From the NCBI GenBank assembly GCA_051362555.1, contig CM120640.1, positions 53,360,788 through 53,424,787 of the forward strand: a stretch of 64,000 nucleotides of DNA, in the 5' to 3' direction. Shown here in pieces: positions 27,366-39,900 of this stretch (positions are counted from its first letter, which is position 1; each line of letters starts with the position of its first letter). A model generated the notes under the pieces. That model ran no database searches. It was not told where the DNA came from and worked only from the letters and a program-made list of their open reading frames with translations. The translations under genes were made by a program, and so were the position numbers. This stretch comes from Lingula anatina (lineage: Eukaryota > Animalia > Brachiopoda).

Positions 27366-27879
27366 TGTTTTGCTCTTTCACACAATTATTTGGGAGGTGG
27401 GGTATTATAAAAAACTAAAAAAAAAAGGAAATAAAACAGTTGAGTTAAAATATGTGAATGTTTTGTTTATATATATAAACATTTGCATGGAGTCAGAAAT
27501 TAATGTTCATTTAATATTAAATAAAGTATCAACTGTACCTTATTCACAGCGCTGTTGACGACAGAACTGCTTGGCTATTCAGCAGTGAGTGTTCATTGTA
27601 CTAGTACATTTTGAAGAGGTGAGAGGTAAGACAAAGATCTGACAGCTCTCGCATCTTAGTGGACATGCTTGGTGGACATGCACCTATATCTTTCATGCTT
27701 TAACACATGCATATTCTAGTACATATCATTGATCATAATTTGATAAATTGGAGTCCTACAGCGTGGATTTTTCCTAAACAATTTAACTTAATTAAACAGC
27801 ACTGAAACTTTAATACCAAAAAATGTATATTTATTTAATACAAACACCAAACACATCTTAATGCATATATGTGTAAAAT

Positions 27880-28325
27880 GGTTTTACCTTGTTTTCAAAT
27901 AATGCAAAACTCTACATCTTGTTTTATTTACTATCAATAGAGTTTCCTACATAACTTCGCGGCAGCCATTTGCAAACATATCTAAGGAAGTGCCTCTCCT
28001 CGATAAAGACTCATTTTCGAAAGCTTTCTATCTACCAATGAAAACAGTTTTCATTATAGTTTGTGTTGCATGTAGTCTGAAAAGAGACTATGCCGTGGAG
28101 GATACCGGAAATCGTTATCCTTTCATACGAAAATTTTGATTTGCTTGGTTATGATGGCCTATTTCTGCAGAACCAATTACATTGACGGATTGAAACAGAT
28201 TTAGATAGTTCATGGCCTCGCCTTCGCTTTGACACACCAGTGTGATTGTATTTCGAGGAAAAGGTATTCAGCATCCTTCGTTTTTTTTCTTAAAAATGTA
28301 GCAAGTAACTCGAAATAACTTGACA
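27880..28325. promoter_or_regulatory. Putative bidirectional promoter between the EF-hand/MTBD-like gene (-) and FAM91A1 (+)
   Basis: The ATGs are at 27365 (-) and 28326 (+). Minus-strand 5'-UTR splice sites (acceptor ~27415, donors ~27538 and ~27888) put the minus TSS near 27900-28000. The region is locally CpG-enriched, with a YY1-like GCAGCCATTT at ~27962. Confidence 0.55.
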
Positions 28326-29298
28326 ATGAATGCAGACGTAGAGTTCCATATTCGCCACAACTACCCTTGGACGAAGCTACCATTGAATATAAAGCAGGTA
28401 CGTAAAAATTATTTTCACACCGACTCTGGATTCCCTATGTATCATATGATTATTCGACCAATATAATGGGCAGCGTAGACAGTGGTATGTCATTATGTTT
28501 ATATCATTTTTGGTTTGGGAAAGAAAAAAACAGCTATTTAAACCGAAGTGAAGTTTGATTTTACAACGCATCGTTTAGAAATTTAATTAAATAATCAACA
28601 ATTTTATTAAATTGAATTTTATAATGCCGTCATGTATTAAATTTCATTCTATGCATTGAAGCATTTAAACATGCAGACAGTGACACACATTCATATATGA
28701 TTCTCCTTTTAAAATCTAATCACTGGCACTCATCTACACAATGTTACCTTGTCAGTAAAGTCTAATACTTTTGGCATATGTTGTCCTTGCTATCAAATTA
28801 TATTTATTACTACAGCATACGTACAGTATGCCCCCAAATTAAACGTGTTATTCTTTGATCTTCAGCATCTTTCTAGTTTCAGTTATGAAAGACTATTTAA
28901 ATGAATCAGTTTTGCAATTTACTTCATGGTTTTCCATTGTTCACCACATAAAACATTGAAATTGCTAAACTATAGTAACTATAGTAATTTATTCAAGTAT
29001 CAGCAACAATGATAGCTTTTACCACTGAAATGAGGAAATTACTGAAACTAAAAATCAAAGACTTGGCAGTTGCTAATTTTGGGGAGTAACTGCATGTGCA
29101 TACTGTTTCAAGTACTAGTAAGCTATGTTTTCTGAACCTGAATGGCAAGTCCCAATACTGGGGCTTGAGCAAAAGGAAAAATACATTAGTCAAACTGTAG
29201 AGTTTTGTTGAATGCTTCCATTGTTAAATAAGGTACTGAGTTCTCAGGTATGCTCCAGTCCTGTATTGTTCCTTAAAAATTGAATCCTAACAAAATTG

Positions 29299-29353
<55 letters not shown>

Positions 29354-32300
29354 CTTGTGCACGCATTCTAACCGAGGACACACACCCGCCCGAAACCCAC
29401 TAACCGAGGACACACCTCCAACCGAGGACGTCCTCGGTTGACATAAGCAGTGGAATGCATAAAGGGGCCCATTTCAAGTTAGGTGGTGAAATTTGACGCT
29501 ATTCTGAGCCAGTCCTCGGTTATGCTGTATAGCGCGGGCCAAATTCCCGCCACGAGTGTATCAGAAATACTGTCCAACTTTTTGTCTGAAATCGGGCTAT
29601 ACACACGCGTCCTCGGTTGTGCTGTAAAGGGCGGACCAAATTCCGCGTCCTCGGTTGTGCTGTAAAGGGCAGACTAAACTGAAACTAATGTTATATCTCA
29701 GATGTCTATATATTCAGTAAGTTCATATTTTTAAACTAAAGGTCTTTTTTATCAAATTAATCTCTCCTAGGCCGTTACGTAACTACATAACTATCATCGC
29801 ACTGTACATATTACGGCACGCTTCTTTATTAGTACAACTGACTTGGAGTGGTTTAAATAAAGAAGAACTGTCTGAATTTGTGGCTCACTCGGTAGATCTT
29901 AGGACCGACAATCTTTTGAGGGTGCAAGAATTAAATGAAAAGGGTAAATGGATCGTCCGTAAACCCCCTTTACACTGGGGCGGCGTCCTTTGTGCGACCA
30001 AGAAACTGGCATCACTGTGGTCGTAGAAAGGAGGTACAAGCATTGCTTTGGTTGAAAAAAATGAATATTTGGTGATTGGCCAGTTGTCAGAAAGTTAAGT
30101 ATTATAATTTTGTACTCTCAAATGGATCCGTACTACAGGACGCAGAAAGGACGCCGTCCAGTGTAAAGGGCCCCTTAGCTAACTATGAATTAATCTACCC
30201 CTGACAGTTTGAAGAAGGCTATGACATTATGAAAGTTTGAAAATCTTCATAATGGGCTGCTTTTTTTTTTCAGAAAATTTGCTGTTGTTTTTGCTTTTTT
30301 CAGCATACATGCAACACTGTAAACACAGTTCAAGGAGAAGCAATAGGTCTATTGTCATGAAACTCACAGAACTGATGATTATTAGTAAAAGGGTTGTCAA
30401 GATCAAAAATCGGCATATCCGGGCCATTTTTTGTCAAAAGTTATGCTGTTTTTTTTTCTGCCATTTTCAGCATATAAGTAACACTGTAAGCACATTTCAG
30501 GGAGAACCGATAGGCCTGTTGTCATTAAACTCACAGGAGTGATCAATGTTACCAATATACAAATCAAGTTTGAAAATAGGATTGATTGGTTGAGTTTTGT
30601 GGAAGTTGTGCCTTGTTTTGATATATATAAGTGGTTTTCTTCAGATTTGATTGTCAGGCATGTTGACAGTTTCGTTATTGAACTAACTAGATATGTAAAT
30701 ATGTTAGTGTTTGTCTGAAATTTTCTGCATCTTTACAACATTGCTAGTTGATTATATAAATATGACGGTAAACATGTTATCATGTACTGTGTAATACAGT
30801 GTCTCAAAATGGAGGAAATGGGGTGATTATTTTCAAAAGTTTTGCATTTTTTTTCTCCTTTTTTCAGTGTACATGCAACACTGTAAACACACTTCAAGGA
30901 GAACCAATAGGCCTGTTTTCATGAAACTCAGAGAACTGATGATTATTAGTAAATTAAAAAGATTGATCAAGATTGAAAATCAGCATGACCAGGCCCTTTT
31001 CTTTCAAATGTTATGCTGGTTTTTTTTCAGCATATATGTAACACTGTAAGCACATTTCAAGGAGAACCAATAAGCCTGTTTTCATGAAACTCACAGAACT
31101 GATGATTATTAGTAAAAGAATGGTCAAGATTGAAAATCAGCATGACCAGGCCCTTTTCTTTCAAATTTTATGCTGTTTTTTTTTTTCAGCATATAAGTAA
31201 CACTGTAAGCACATTTCAGGGAGAACCAATAACTTAAAGCCTGTTTTCATGAAACTCACAGAACTGATGATTATTAGTAAAAGCATATTAGTAACACTGT
31301 AAGCACATTTCAGGGAGAACCGATAGGCCTGTTGTCATTAAACTCACAAGAGTGATCAATGTTATCTATATACAAATCAAATTTAAAAATAAGATAGATT
31401 GGTTGAGTTCTGAGGGACTTCAGCTTTTATTTGTATATAAGTGGTTTTCCTCAGATTTGATTGTCAGGCATGTTGACAGTTTCGTTATTGAATTAACTAG
31501 ATATGAAAATATGTTAGTGTTTCTCTGAAATTGTCTGCATCTTTACAACATTGGTAGTTGATTATATAAATATGACGGTAAACATGTTATCATGAACTGT
31601 GTAATACAATGTCTCAAAATGGAGGAAATGGGGTGATTATTTTCAAAAGTTTTGCATTTTTTTTCTCCTTTTTTCAGTGTACATGCAACACTGTTAACAT
31701 ATTTCAAGGAGAACCAATAAGCCTGTTTTCATGAAACTCACAGAACTGATGATTATTAGTAAAAGAATGGTCAAGATTGAAAATCAGCAAGACCAGGCCC
31801 TTTTCTTTCAAATGTTATGCTGTTTTTTTTTTTTTTTTTTTTCAGCATATATGTAACACTGTAAGCACATTTCAGGGAGAACCAATAACTTAAAGCCTGT
31901 TTTCATGAAACTCACAGAACTGATGATTATTAGTAAAAGCATATTAGTAACACTGTAAGCACATTTCAGGGAGAACCGATAGGCCTGTTGTCATTAAACT
32001 CACAAGAGTGATCAATGTTATCTATATACAAATCAAATTTAAAAATAAGATAGATTGGTTGAGTTCTGAGGGACTTCAGCTTTTATTTGTATATAAGTGG
32101 TTTTCCTCAGATTTGATTGTCAGGCATGTTGACAGTTTCGTTATTGAATTAACTAGATATGTAAATATGTTAGTGTTTCTCTGAAATTGTCTGCATCTTT
32201 ACAACATTGGTAGTTGATTATATAAATATGACGGTAAACATGTTATCATGTACTGTGTAATACAATGTCTCAAAATGGAGGAAATGGGGTGATTATTTTC

Positions 32301-33926
32301 AAAAGTTTTGCATTTTTTTCTCCTTTTTTCAGTGTACATGCAACACTGTTAACATATTTCAAGGAGAACCAATAAGCCTGTTTTCATGAAACTCACAGAA
32401 CTGATGATTATTAGTAAAAGAATGGTCAAGATTGAAAATCAGCAAGACCAGGCCCTTTTCTTTCAAATGTTATGCTGTTTTTTTTTGTTTTTTGTTTTTT
32501 GTTTTTTTGTTTTTTTTCAGCATATATGTAACACTGTAAGCACATTTCAGGGAGAACCGATAGGCCTGTTGTCATTAAACTCACAAGAGTGATCAATGTT
32601 ATCTATATACAAATCAAATTTAAAAATAAGATTGATTGGTTGAGTTTTGAGGGACTTCAGCTTTTATTTGTATATAAGTGGTTTTCCTCATATTTGATTG
32701 TCAGGCATGTAAACAGTCTCATTATTGAATTCACTAGATATGTAAAATGGGTTGTTCGACAATTTCTGCATCTTGACAATATTGCTAGTTGATTATATAA
32801 AAATGGTGGTAAACCTGTTATCTTGTATTGTGTAAAAAAAGTGCCAAAATGGAAATGAACTCGTATCATTGTAGTTTGTCAGATTCAATCATTCACAATG
32901 TTCGGAATGGAGGAAATTGGACATTTAAACTTGTTACATTGATATTTTTGCCATCTCAACAATTTTCTTAGTTGATCATGTGAAATGGCAGTAAACTGTA
33001 TTATTTTATGTAAAAAAGTTAAAAATGGAAAGAAACCCATTTCAGTACAGTGCTCTCTTGTATACATTTAGTATTTTCAAAGTATGACTTTGGAGTTCCA
33101 TGAACCTGAAAACCTTTGCTTTGGGTCCGGTTGGGCAACTTTGCTAGTCACATTTTCTGAATATTCATGATACTAATATTTTATTATAAAAAATTAATGA
33201 TCATTATGCTGTTAAGCATTATATAATACTGCATCAAATTGGAAGAAAGCACAATTTTGGGTGCTGCTGGCATGATGTCCTCAATTGTAAAATTGTGTAC
33301 TGTGCAAGTCTGTATCCAATGGACGACACTTTGTGTTATCAAAATATAAAATTCATGATAATAAAAGAGTGCTAAATAGAAAATAAGCATTATGAAAATA
33401 AAATGTTTGAAAACGAATTTCTTTGGTCTTTTATTTTATTTCATCAGTATCCTTTCTTTTCCTAAATTAATTGATGTTTTATCTCATAATCTTCAATTCT
33501 AAAAAAGTGGCAAAGCCCAGCATTAAATATTGTATAACTGTTCATTTAATCATCACCTCTGGTGTTATTTTGGAATTTACCTTAAATATGAAAGAATTTC
33601 ATAAAAATGTGAATTGCTGCAAAGTAACGCTATATAAAATTTGCTTTGCATTAATAGTACAATCATTATTACATGTAGATGCATGCATGTCCTCGGTTGT
33701 AATGTGTAGTGTCTGTCCATGTGTGTGTCCGTGTGTGTCCTCGGTTAGAATGTAAAATTCTTGTCAGCAAAAAATTAGTTTTTATAAAAAATTAATTTAT
33801 AACATTCATACTCGAATAGATTTTACCCTAAATTGAATGTTTTTATTTTGATTTAACCAAGGAATAAGATGTCCTCGGTTGTATGGTGTTGTGCTGATGT
33901 CCTCGGTTGGTACACATAGACAAGTA

Positions 33927-33979
<53 letters not shown>

Positions 33980-36900
33980 TCCTTGAACTTTAAGCACTCA
34001 AAGTTATTAGCTTATTAGCTAATTTTTTAATTAATAGAAGCAAAGTCATCTATGGGCCCAAAAGGGGTTCAAAAAGTATTTGACTGCATTCCCATAGATT
34101 TAGATCAATCCATCTAGATTGACCTAACTCCCTGGGGGTTCTTTAAAAGCCTGGTATCCAGAATTTTGGATGTTATTAATAACAAAACATGTCACAGATA
34201 AGAAAAATGAATAATGGATTTGAAGAAGAGAAGTCACATGTCACAAGGCTCTAACAGGGAGAACTGTGATATGATTAAATGAGGAAGAGAGGCGTTTCAC
34301 CATTTTTTTTTTTTTGAGGGGGGGGGGTGTATCATTATATACTCCAGTTGAAATAATTTATGTATATTTTAAAGTTAATACGAGTGTATATTCTATAAGG
34401 ACCACAAAAGCTTTGCTGCTGAATTCCTTGTTTAAATATTTTTATTTGAAGGGCCATTTCATTTTATTTCCCCTTTCTTTGATAGCTTTCCTACACCATA
34501 GGCTTCTGTATATATTTATATGTTAGCAGTCATGCCGCATCTGTGCTGTCTTGAACTTAATTTGAAAAGTAAAAGGGAAACTTGGTATCTTGCAGCTTTT
34601 GTCTGATGTTTAAATTATATTTTCACTAAGTTAAAGTCATAATAACTCTTCGTTTTGGCCAAAAATTCGATTTTCCTGGAAAAAACGGCAATTTTCCTTT
34701 ACTTACCAATGGCCAACGACCCCATTCCTGCATTCAAAGTTAATCCAGGGTTTTTTTCCTAAACGTACGGTTTTTTGTTAAAATCTCTTAAGAGATTTTA
34801 ACTGACGGAGCTCTCTCTGACATTGCAAAGTCACTGGTGACCTACTTAAAACCGCGGGAAAAGCAGACAACAACAACACTATATAAGATTCATGAGATAT
34901 ATTCGTCTTTTTGTTAAAAATGCATTTATATCCACAATGTGTGCCATTCTGGGCTTTTCGTTATCCGACGCACTGTACAAAAACTCGCAACTTACGTCTG
35001 AGGGTTTCCCGCCATGTTATTTTGGTCTCGAATGAACGCGAGAATCCGCATGACACCATTACGTCATTAGCAACGAATGCACTTGTCGACCAGAAAAAAG
35101 GGATTGAAAGCCCTATTGACAAGCACAGATTTTAGTTTTCCTACAATAACGGCCGTTTTAGTGGTAAAATACAATAGAATATATTTCCATGCGTTGTTTA
35201 CAATGTATTTCATGCGGATTTTTGAATCTCAAAGGAAGAGTTATTATTGCTTTAACTTTATTATTATAGTTTATTAGTTTATTTATTATATAGGTATTGG
35301 GAAACTCACAGAAGGAATATGACAAAGAAGTTGTCAAATACAGTATAAAGAATCAACTTAGATTTAAAGGAAACCTAGGTTCGTATGAATTGAAGATTGG
35401 TTATGGTAATGTTATAGATGTGATTATAATCTCCTTAGTCCAAGCTTTTCAAATCCAAACATTGTATTTCATATCACATATCACATATCTGTTTCTTCTT
35501 TGATTTCTGGAAGACTTAAATATTATCACCATCTTGAATAACTGTTGAAGCTGGTCTAACAATGACAATTTTCATTTTTTTTTTTTTAGTGAAAACAATC
35601 AGAAAAGATGAGCGCAAATATTACGAGCAGCTCCTCCAGTACAGTCGGGATCACCTCATGTTGTTTCCATATCACCTGTCAGATGTCATTGTTAAAGGAC
35701 TGCGGATGACACCATTTGCTTATTATATCAGTATAATGACAGATATAATGACCCAGGAGAAAAGCTATGACTCACTGCCAAACTTTACTGCTGCAGACTG
35801 TAAGTGGCAATGCTTGTTCATTTGTTGCAAAATGTAAACTAAGGGATTACTAAACATTCTCTTCTATATCAACAGCAACTTAATCTAAAGAAGCGAGAGC
35901 CTTTTATAATTTCTTTATATTTTTGGATCAATTTCTTTAGTCCACTCATTCTATAAAGCATAAACCAATTTTGCAAGTTTTAAGTTGATGTTGTTTAGAT
36001 TTATTCATTGTATTTTTATATTCAAATATTGCATTGATGAAATGCATATATACAGTGGTATTGATATTTTTCAGGCCTCCGACTCTTAGGCATTGGAAGA
36101 AACCAGTACATTGAGCTTATGAATCAATGCAGATCTTCAAAAGTGAGGCTTTTTTCAATCATTATGATTGTAACTAAAAATGCTCACTGTTTTGACATTT
36201 CCACTATGACATACATTCTGTCTAAGTTTGCCTTGCTCAGTCAGTTATGATGTGATATTTTCAGAAATTCTTCAGAAAAAAATCCGCAAAGGATTTGGTG
36301 CCTTTGCAGCCTATAGACATCAACATTGAACCTTGGTGGACTGTTCAGGCAGGGTACATCACTGAGGAAGATGTTAAAGTAAGGACAGTCACTTTAAATA
36401 GATTTAAGTTTAAAGGGAAACAGTATTTTTGCTCCTGCCACTAGGAATGGCATGAATGCTCTGGATTTCAAAGCAATGTTAAAACTGGTACTGAGAATTC
36501 CTTCCTCAAGAAGTTTGTAACTTTTGAAATTGTTTAAGTATATTCTTCTTAGCACATATAACTTAATAGGCCATGTAAATAGCAACTTTTGTTTATGTTC
36601 CAGACTTGTTCACAGGTAATGAAGGAAGCTATAGATTTTATCATAGATGGTGGAGGCCAGCAGGCAGGAACCATGGAATGTAAAACCATTCACAGTAAGA
36701 ATGCAGAAATTGTGACAGTTCTAGAAACAACATGTGCTAAGCCTTAAGTCATTGGTGCAGTATATGTGAAATATTTGTAAAAAATGCCAATGACGTCTGT
36801 AAATACAACAGGCAGAGTTATACACTTGTACCAATGGTGTCAATATTGACAACCCTGTTTCTCTAAAAGTGATCAGAGTGAAGGAAAAATGACTGCAATT

Positions 36901-39900
36901 AACCAGAAATTATCATTTCACATTGTTTTTACTCTTCAGAAAGTGAGGTTACCCTTTAAGACAACAGAAATCTCATTTACTGCTCATGCAAGCCAAAGAT
37001 AAAGGCTGGTGTAGTATAAAGTCAGTTTGCAAGTTTTTTTTGCAAATAGATACATATTTTGAATTGAATTTTATATATTACTGAGTAATTTTAATGTTTT
37101 TTCAATTTCAGAACTATATAAAAAGGGTCTTATTTATTTAGACTGCCCAATTGCAGATGATGATTGTTTTATAGGTATGCTTGATGATTTCTTGAATAAA
37201 TAAAATATAATGAAATAGACTTATTGTAAAATAGTTTTTTTAAATTTCATTACGCCCCAAAAGAAAAAGAAATATTGTGTAATGAATTATTAATTTTTTT
37301 TCAAATGATTATTTGTTTGCGTACCTGTTAATACCATATTGTTGTGTTGGGTTTCATCAGTTCTTTTAAGTCAACATAGATTGTGAATGAAGTTTCACCA
37401 CTTTTCAGTCCCACCATTGGAAGGGTTTGTTATGAACAGGGTGCTAGGAGACTACCTTGAGACCTTGCTGTACAAGATATTTGTGTCTATTGATGAGCAT
37501 ACCAGTGTAGCAGAGGTATGGGTCATTTTGTAATATTATCAGTTGGGTTTAATTTCAGATGTGTTTATGTCTCTTAAAATTGTACTGCGTGGTAGATTTT
37601 GTCACAAATTTATCAGCGTTAAGCTTTTTTTATACAAAATAAGTGGCATTGGTGTCCTTAGTATGTGAAATATTTTTTTTCAAAAAGGAAAGATAACTAT
37701 TTAATTTTAATCTGGGCTAGAAAAGTTAGAGACCATTCCCAAAGATATTTAGATCAATCAATATTTATCCCCCTGGGGAGTCTCACTAGATTGCTGTCAG
37801 CTTAACTGGCTTAAATGTCTGTCCCGCCTACTAAAAGCTGTAAGGGGGTAATTAACTTTGGTTTGCGCTCGGCTCCTGGAAGCTGACAGCAATTTAGCGT
37901 GAACCCCCAGGGAGTTGGTCGATCCAGATGGATCAATCTAAATCTGTGGGAACCCAGTTTTAGAGACCATACAGCTTTTGAAGAGACTGAACAGTTGCAT
38001 TTTTTGGATCTGAAGACAAGTACCAGATGATACACTATTATCAAGCAATATTTTGTTCTCCTTTTTTATAGTAAATTATTATTAATTTATGACTAAGAAC
38101 TATAATTGAAATTTGATTGTTGTATTTTCCAGCTGGCCAATGTACTTCAGATAGATTTACCACTAGTGAAAGTAAGTTCATTAATGGTAGAAAATTTTAT
38201 TTATTTATTTATTTATTTGATGATATTAAATTCGGTGACTGTCTGTTGGTTGCAAATTTTTTAACAGTATATTATTATATGTTGAGACTATCTTTAAATT
38301 GTAGTCTGTCTTCATTAAAAAGTCTCAGACAAGATTTTATTAAGTTAGTAAAAAGAATTAAAGGAGCATTTTTGTGATAACTGCAATGCTGCATTTGAAC
38401 TTTTCCAGAATGCAGTGTCAATGTATTGCCGTCTTGGTTTTGCCAAGAAAAAGAACCCTGATTTACCTGAAGAACTCATGGACCCAAGCTGGCAGGAAGC
38501 AGACAGACCCAAACGGTATGATCTCACATCAACTTGTTAGAACTGTGTGAAAAGAAGTATCTGTAAGTGGTTTTTTAGCACCATAGGAAAGTAGGATAAA
38601 GTTGGAATAATAATCGAATCTCGTACTAGAGCTTGCATTTGAAACAGAGATCACTATGTTTTAGCCTTTTCTCAAGGTCTTCTTTAGGTGAAATGAAGTT
38701 GAGCTGAGACTGTCACATAAAATGATAGTAAAGCTTTGTTGGTGTTGAAATAAGATGTGTTTCTCATGTGAAAATTTTATACCTAGTCTGTCTGGTCCAT
38801 TATTTCAAATGGTACATAAGAAGGGCAGTTTCAAAGGTTTTTATAGATGGCAGTAATGAGTAGAAATTTTTTGATTAGGTCCACTGGCACTGAAGAAAAA
38901 ATGTTGATTGACTGGAGCTCTGCTATAAATGAGCAACAGCCTCCATCTGAGACCTCCTCCACTACCAGCCTAGAGGGAGGAATAGGTAATGTGATACCTA
39001 GATTTGTCTAGAATCTCTTTTGATAAAATGAATGGTGATACTGTAACGTCTACTTAACGAAATATAAGTTCTTCATGATGGCATATTGTTTATTAACTTG
39101 GTGAACAAAAAGGCACAGTGTAATGGAGGATGTTTTTTTGGATGATTGTTTATTAAACAGCTTGTTCTTTTCTGTCATACTGAAATCATTGCTGGTGCTC
39201 TTTTTAAAGCCTTTCTATGTTGCATAACTGCTAAGTACATTTTGTGTAAGGTTTTTGTTGGAGATATTCTACAATATAAGTGAAAGATGTATGTTGGACC
39301 ATAATTAGCTAAAACATGTGGGTGTTTTCAGATGCCAACAGTCTGATGAATGCAGGACATTCAAAGCGGATTGGTTTTCTGTTTGACTCAACATTGACTG
39401 CATTTCTTATGATGGGGAACTTGTCTCCAGTAAGTACATTCAGACAGTTGCCCTTCAGTTTATACAAGAGTAGGGAAAATTATATTTGTTAACTATTGGA
39501 TACATTTTGGACATTACAAAATAACACAAGTTCTGTAATGTGTTTACCCCCCAAAAATAGTATTTCTTTTTCTTAAGGGCAGATGGAGCACAACAGTCAT
39601 CATTATGATAGTGTTAGAATAGAGAATGTCTTGTTAAAGGAAAATGTTATTTTGTCCTCAAATTGCAAAACTATTGCTCTGCTACATTGTTTAACATAGT
39701 CACATCATTGTGTCATAGGCACTCCAGTGTCTTAATCTCCATTTAGCTGTGGGTAAAACTAGTGACTGAATGATAACTACCATTGGTAACTAGACTTTTA
39801 TCCATATGTTTTAAACTAAAATAATTATTGATCAATTTGAGAAAGGAGGCATCCCCCAACCCCCCACAAATGTGCGCACATGAATACACATTCACATACA

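Larger units (their letters stand above)
29360..33932. mobile_element. Non-autonomous EnSpm/CACTA-like element (~4.6 kb) in FAM91A1 intron 1, inserted in a (TG)n tract
   Basis: Termini are CACGCAT...ATGCGTG with TG on both sides (2-bp TSD-like). Many subterminal AACCGAGGAC / GTCCTCGGTT motifs occur at both ends, including a 22-bp perfect inverted pair CATTCTAACCGAGGACACACAC / GTGTGTGTCCTCGGTTAGAATG. Confidence 0.65.
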
